Position numbers and translations under genes: made by a program
Origin: Coleofasciculus chthonoplastes F2-STO-03
GTDB taxonomy: Bacteria > Cyanobacteriota > Cyanobacteriia > Cyanobacteriales > Coleofasciculaceae
Reading direction: 5' to 3'
DNA length: 10,687 nt
NCBI GenBank assembly: GCA_040222015.1
Contig: JAVJWO010000060.1
Location: 1 to 10,687 of the forward strand
In this document: positions 6,908 through 10,687 of the stretch, piece by piece
Position numbering within the stretch: the first letter of the stretch is position 1
How the letters are laid out: each line of letters begins with the position of its first letter
Notes under the pieces: model-generated
Databases searched by the model: none
Told to the model about the DNA's origin: nothing
Seen by the model: the letters and a program-made list of their open reading frames with translations, nothing else

Positions 6908-6927
6908 GATTGTAAAAAGATTGTAAA
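6908..6927 (-). promoter_or_regulatory. 11-bp-period direct repeat (TTTACAATC x2 on the minus strand), putative OmpR-type regulator site
   Basis: GATTGTAAA at 6908-6916 and 6919-6927, upstream of 6540-6824; -10 candidate TAGTCT on the minus strand at 6880-6875. Confidence 0.45.
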
Positions 6928-6939
6928 TCTAGCATCCAG

Positions 6940-7012
6940 GTAGGGCAGGGCGGGTTTTGGACAACCGTTGTCGGTGATGTGCCGATAGGTTAGTCCCTAA
7001 ACCCGCCCCGAC
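6940..7012. repeat. REP-like inverted repeat GGGCGGGTTT..AAACCCGCCC
   Basis: Arms at 6948-6957 and 6999-7008, GTAG at 6940; just downstream of the dnaE-c stop. Confidence 0.8.
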
Positions 7013-7036
7013 AATTGTTTTATCCCATCGCATCCC

Positions 7037-8389
7037 CTACTGATTTTCCGCCATCGCCTTGGTGCGAGCTTGAAATCCCGCCGCCTTCAGCCTGTCAACC
7101 ATACCTTCATAATCTTGTACCCAGTATTTAGGATCAAAGCGCACAAATTGACTCTGATTTAACGCCCCAACCCTAGCGATAACTGGCACTTTTTGCGGTT
7201 TTCTCTCCCCAGATTGTTCTTGCAAAATCGATTGGAGACGTTTCAGGGTGGCTGTGTCCACGCTCTGGGGGGTTAGTTCCACGATAATCATTTGTGCTTT
7301 TTCAATCGGTTCGACGTCTTCAATAATCATCTGAATTTTCTCATCTCGTTCATCCGCCTTACCCCAAACAATTAGACGGGCATCTTTTTCAATTAAGGAA
7401 CTAATCCGCTCAAACGTTTTCGGAAAAATAACGCCATCGGCTTGACCGGTGAGATCTTCCATTTGCACAAATGCCATGCGCTCGCCACTTGTTTTGGTAA
7501 CGTGAAATTTTACCTCAGTCAGCATCACGATGACACTCAGAATGCTGCGTTTGTTCTGATCGCCTAATTCGTTGAGATTAATGGGAGTTAGCACCTGATT
7601 GGCGACTTGATGCACAGCTTTGAGAGGGTGATCCGAGACATAGAAGCCGAGCAATTCTTTTTCTTGTAGGAGTTTTTCTTGCGCCGAGAAATCCTCAACC
7701 TTCGGGGTTTTCGGGGCGGCTTTCCAGGCATTATTCCGTTCACTGTTATTTGTATCCGCGTCTTCTAAGACATCAAAAATATTAATTTGACCACTCTGTC
7801 GATCCTTGGCTCGATCTTGCCCCCAACTAATTAGCACCTCTAAATCGTTAATTAGTTGTTTGCGATTGGATTCGAGGCGATCAAACGCCCCGGAGTAAAT
7901 CAGGGATTCCAAGGCGCGACGATTCACAACTCGTAAATCCACGCGATCGCAAAAATCGGCTAATGACTGAAAATCCCCGTCCTTTTCCCGTTGGTGGAGA
8001 ATAGTCTCAATCGCCCCCTCGCCCAAATTCCGGATGGCTGAGAATCCGAATAAGATTTTGCCAGAGACTGGGGTAAAATCGACGTGCGATCGGTTAATAT
8101 CCGGCTGCAAGACATCAATACCCATCGTGGTACAGGTGGCGATGTATTTCTGCACCTTATCCTGATTCCCACTACTGGCGGTTAGCAGCGCCGTCATGTA
8201 CTCTACCGGATAATTGGCTTTCAGAAACGCCGTCTGATAGGTAACATAGGCATACGCCGTGGAGTGGGACTTGTTAAAGCAATTGGACGCCACCGAGCCA
8301 TTGAAGAGCAGAAAATTATGGTCGCGCTCGACGCCAATGTCATAGACTGGTTGAGTACCCAAGGGTTTACGACCGATAATTTTAACCAC
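7037..8389 (-). CDS. dnaE: DNA polymerase III alpha subunit, C-terminal half (DnaE-c), with N-terminal split-intein fragment
   Basis: GTG start with AAGGAG SD (8403-8398). After the intein: CFNKSHSTAYAYVTYQTAFLKANYP, PDINRS, HhH (AIRNLGEGA), EKELLGFYVSDHPL, and OB fold (MAFVQMEDLTG). Confidence 0.97.
   Translation of the reverse strand: MVKIIGRKPLGTQPVYDIGVERDHNFLLFNGSVASNCFNKSHSTAYAYVTYQTAFLKANYPVEYMTALLTASSGNQDKVQKYIATCTTMGIDVLQPDINRSHVDFTPVSGKILFGFSAIRNLGEGAIETILHQREKDGDFQSLADFCDRVDLRVVNRRALESLIYSGAFDRLESNRKQLINDLEVLISWGQDRAKDRQSGQINIFDVLEDADTNNSERNNAWKAAPKTPKVEDFSAQEKLLQEKELLGFYVSDHPLKAVHQVANQVLTPINLNELGDQNKRSILSVIVMLTEVKFHVTKTSGERMAFVQMEDLTGQADGVIFPKTFERISSLIEKDARLIVWGKADERDEKIQMIIEDVEPIEKAQMIIVELTPQSVDTATLKRLQSILQEQSGERKPQKVPVIARVGALNQSQFVRFDPKYWVQDYEGMVDRLKAAGFQARTKAMAENQ
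8282..8389 (-). other. DnaE split intein C-fragment (IntC, 36 aa)
   Basis: MVKIIGRKPLGTQPVYDIGVERDHNFLLFNGSVASN|CFN: block F VYDIGV..HNF, terminal Asn, +1 Cys. Confidence 0.96.
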
Positions 8390-8426
8390 GTTTAGAACTC
8401 CTTAATCGTTTCCAAATTGCGCTGAC

Positions 8427-9518
8427 ATGCTAAGAGCCGGAATTGTGGGATTGCCCAACGTAGGCAAATCAACCTTATTTAACGCCCTCGTCGCCAATGC
8501 TAAAGCAGATGCGGCGAATTTTCCCTTCTGCACGATTGAGCCGAATGTTGGGGTTGTCGCTGTACCCGATGAACGGTTGTCTGTGCTGGCGAAGATTTCC
8601 ACCTCTGAACAAATTGTGCCAACTCGGATTGAGTTTGTCGATATTGCGGGATTGGTGAAGGGGGCGAGTAAAGGGGAGGGACTCGGGAACCAATTTTTAG
8701 CCAATATCCGGGAAGTGGATGCCATTGTCCATGTGGTGCGCTGTTTTGATGATGAAAATATTATCCATGTTTCCGGTTCCGTTGATCCAGTACGTGACAT
8801 TGACGTGATTAATCTGGAACTGGCGTTAGCGGATTTAGCCCAAGTGGAACGCCGCATGGAACGCACCCGCAAGCAGGCGAAAACCAGTAAAGAGGCGCAA
8901 TTGGAGCTAGAAGCCTTGGAAAAGTTGAGTGCCCGATTGAATGAAGGTAAATCGGCACGGAATATTAGTTTAACCGAAGACGAAGCCGAGGCGGTGAAGC
9001 CCTTAGGATTATTGAGTGCGAAACCGATTATTTACGCGGCGAATGTGTCGGAAGATGATTTAGCCTCTGGGAATGAATGGGTGGAACAAGTGCGACAAGT
9101 CGCCACGGCTGAGACAGCGGAAGTCGTTGTAGTTTCAGCGCAAGTGGAGTCAGAATTAGTTGAGTTACCCGAAGATGAACGGGGCGATTTCTTGGAGTCG
9201 TTAGGGGTGGAAGAAGGGGGATTAAAATCCTTAATTCGGGCTACTTACAACTTGTTAGGATTACGCACCTTTTTAACCACTGGACCCAAAGAAACCCGGG
9301 CTTGGACGATTACAGGGGGAATGAAAGCCCCCCAAGCCGCCGGCGCGATTCACACTGATTTTGAGCGGGGATTTATTCGGGCGGAAACGGTTGGTTATGA
9401 TGATTTAGTAACGTCTGGATCAATGAATGCGGCGAAGGACAAAGGATTAGTGCGGGCGGAAGGGAAAGAGTATGTGGTACAAGAAGGCGATGTGATGCTA
9501 TTTCGGTTTAATGTTTGA
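8427..9518 (+). CDS. ychF: Redox-regulated ATPase YchF (Obg family)
   Basis: [46 protein letters not shown], and C-terminal TGS region [15 protein letters not shown]; 363 aa. Confidence 0.97.
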   Translation: MLRAGIVGLPNVGKSTLFNALVANAKADAANFPFCTIEPNVGVVAVPDERLSVLAKISTSEQIVPTRIEFVDIAGLVKGASKGEGLGNQFLANIREVDAIVHVVRCFDDENIIHVSGSVDPVRDIDVINLELALADLAQVERRMERTRKQAKTSKEAQLELEALEKLSARLNEGKSARNISLTEDEAEAVKPLGLLSAKPIIYAANVSEDDLASGNEWVEQVRQVATAETAEVVVVSAQVESELVELPEDERGDFLESLGVEEGGLKSLIRATYNLLGLRTFLTTGPKETRAWTITGGMKAPQAAGAIHTDFERGFIRAETVGYDDLVTSGSMNAAKDKGLVRAEGKEYVVQEGDVMLFRFNV

Positions 9519-9611
9519 TCCAGCCCGGGCATAAATAATCGCTGATTCAATTTGAATGTTTGGCTAACACACGATGGCGGCGTGGCACACCTAATTTGGT
9601 GGATTAGAATT

Positions 9612-9821
9612 GTAGGGGCGCAGGTTGTGCGCCCTAAACGGCTGCAAGGTTTGCGCTCTGGATTGACACCCTTAAACCCGGGTAAATCTAGATTCATTGG
9701 GGTAGATTTAAGAGAATAGATTTGCGATCGCGCCAAGCGATGATAGACAAGGGAAACGCCGACAACCCCTGACATTATGGGCGCACGCCGGGGATTATGG
9801 GCGCACGCCGTGCGCCCCTAC
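9612..9821. repeat. Inverted pair of GTAGGGGCGCA..TGCGCCC REP-like palindromes (REPIN-like, 210 bp)
   Basis: GTAGGGGCGCAGGTTGTGCGCCCT at 9612-9635 and GGGCGCACGCCGTGCGCCCCTAC at 9799-9821; 17-bp duplication ATTATGGGCGCACGCCG at 9774 and 9794. Confidence 0.8.
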
Positions 9822-9888
9822 AGGTGACAATGGGGGTGAATGAAAACCGCAGGGAATTAGAAGGGTTAACTAACAGTCCGTAAATATC

Positions 9889-9930
9889 TAGACAATCATT
9901 GACATAAATAGACATTTTTGATGATATAAT
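9889..9930 (+). promoter_or_regulatory. tnpA promoter with phased T(A/T)GACA repeats
   Basis: TAGACA 9889, TTGACA 9899, TAGACA 9909 (10-bp period); extended -10 TGATATAAT at 9922-9930; AGGA at 9933-9936 before ATG 9942. Confidence 0.65.
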
Positions 9931-9941
9931 ACAGGAAAGCC

Positions 9942-10544
9942 ATGTCTAGTTTAACTCCCCAAGAAGCAGCTACTCTACTAGGTGTGACGGTCAAAACTTT
10001 GCACCGATGGGAACTCAACGGCAAAATTCGATCTTCTCGGACGGCTGGCGGTCATCGTCGATACGATATTGTTGACTTAATTGGTAATAAATCTGGTAAT
10101 GAATTAACCGTTGGTTATGCCAGAGTATCTAGTCACGACCAAAAAGACGATCTAAATAGACAAGTTTTAGTTTTAGAAAGCTATTGTGCCAAACAGGGAT
10201 GGGAATTTGAGATTATTCAAGATCTCGGTAGTGGCATGAACTACAAAAAGAAAGGACTGATTAGATTAATCAAGTTAATTACCAGTTACCAAGTAGAAAG
10301 GCTGGTCTTAACGCATAAGGATAGACTCCTGAGATTTGGTTCGGATTTGATTTTTACATTATGTGAGAGTTTTGGCACCGAGGTAATAATTATCAACCGT
10401 TCTGATGATAGTACATTCGAGGAAGACTTGGCAGCAGATGTACTAGAAATTATCACAGTATTTTCCGCTCGTCTATATGGAAGTCGAAATCATAAGAACA
10501 AAAAAATAGTGGATGAACTGAGGGAGGTAGCCAAAAAGCTATGA
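9942..10544 (+). CDS. tnpA: IS607-family transposase TnpA (MerR-like HTH + serine recombinase)
   Basis: N-terminal HTH LTPQEAATLLGVTVKTLHRWE..RTAGGHRRY; catalytic YARVSS; DLGSG, DRLLRFG and FSARLYG; 200 aa. Confidence 0.95.
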   Translation: MSSLTPQEAATLLGVTVKTLHRWELNGKIRSSRTAGGHRRYDIVDLIGNKSGNELTVGYARVSSHDQKDDLNRQVLVLESYCAKQGWEFEIIQDLGSGMNYKKKGLIRLIKLITSYQVERLVLTHKDRLLRFGSDLIFTLCESFGTEVIIINRSDDSTFEEDLAADVLEIITVFSARLYGSRNHKNKKIVDELREVAKKL

Positions 10545-10687
10545 CAACGATAACTTATTGCAAAGGCTTGCCAACTCCCGCCGATGAACTTAATCCCATC
10601 GGTTTTACCGAATTGGAGATGTTTTTAACTTCATTGGTTGATGGTCAAGGAAATTTAAAAGCTCAGGGAACTCTTCCTTTTCAGACC
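10541..10687 (+). CDS. tnpB: IS607-associated TnpB-like ORF, 5' part, possibly internally deleted; runs off the window
   Basis: ATGA overlap with the tnpA stop; open for 49 codons: MTTITYCKGLPTPADELNPIGFTELEMFLTSLVDGQGNLKAQGTLPFQT. The call rests on position and recalled similarity. Confidence 0.6.
   Translation, partial: MTTITYCKGLPTPADELNPIGFTELEMFLTSLVDGQGNLKAQGTLPFQT

Larger units (their letters stand above)
1141..9731. repeat. HIP1 octamer GCGATCGC, dispersed
   Basis: Copies found by eye at 1141, 2778, 3549, 3894, 4950, 7943 and 9724. A cyanobacterial hallmark. Confidence 0.9.
9864..10687 (+). mobile_element. IS607-family element, left part (left boundary approximate)
   Basis: tnpA serine recombinase plus a coupled second ORF; AT-rich leader with short direct repeats beginning after GGG at 9863-9865; no TIR seen. 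Confidence 0.8.

Noticed and set aside
7960..8172. 70-aa alternative-frame ORF
   Set aside because: Lies inside dnaE-c, which is intact.
7037..8389. dnaE as a truncated pseudogene
   Set aside because: The IntC N-terminus and strong SD show it is the normal split dnaE-c.
8402..9775. Minus ORFs 8402-8872, 8475-8693 and 9395-9775
   Set aside because: Antisense shadows of ychF and the REP region.
9774..9810. CRISPR-like mini-array near the TnpB-like gene
   Set aside because: Only two 17-bp copies 3 bp apart, derived from a REP arm; no spacers.

Overview
Cyanobacterial chromosomal window, judged from 7 HIP1 GCGATCGC sites, a split-intein dnaE-c and cyanobacterial-type GTAG palindromes. A filamentous lineage is plausible but inferred. 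Left to right: the 3' end of an IS200/IS605 Y1 transposase with its hairpin end; short tandem repeats; exbB/tolQ-family gene with no exbD in the window (-); NYN/PIN protein with tandem LOTUS-like domains (-); ubiD (+); DUF4058-like protein (+); a candidate promoter-sRNA-terminator unit; a stand-alone IS1595-type Zn-ribbon/HTH ORF without the DDE domain (+); a hairpin cluster; a 54-aa membrane protein absent from the ORF track (-); a 94-aa hypothetical (-); dnaE-c with a 36-aa IntC (-), head-to-head with ychF (+); a REP pair; and the left part of an IS607 element (serine-recombinase tnpA plus a coupled TnpB-like ORF that looks internally deleted and runs off the window). No complete novel system can be proven from sequence alone. 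The best leads are the 5370-6320 block (sRNA candidate, solo transposase-derived DNA-binding protein, small membrane protein) and the IS607 TnpB-like ORF.
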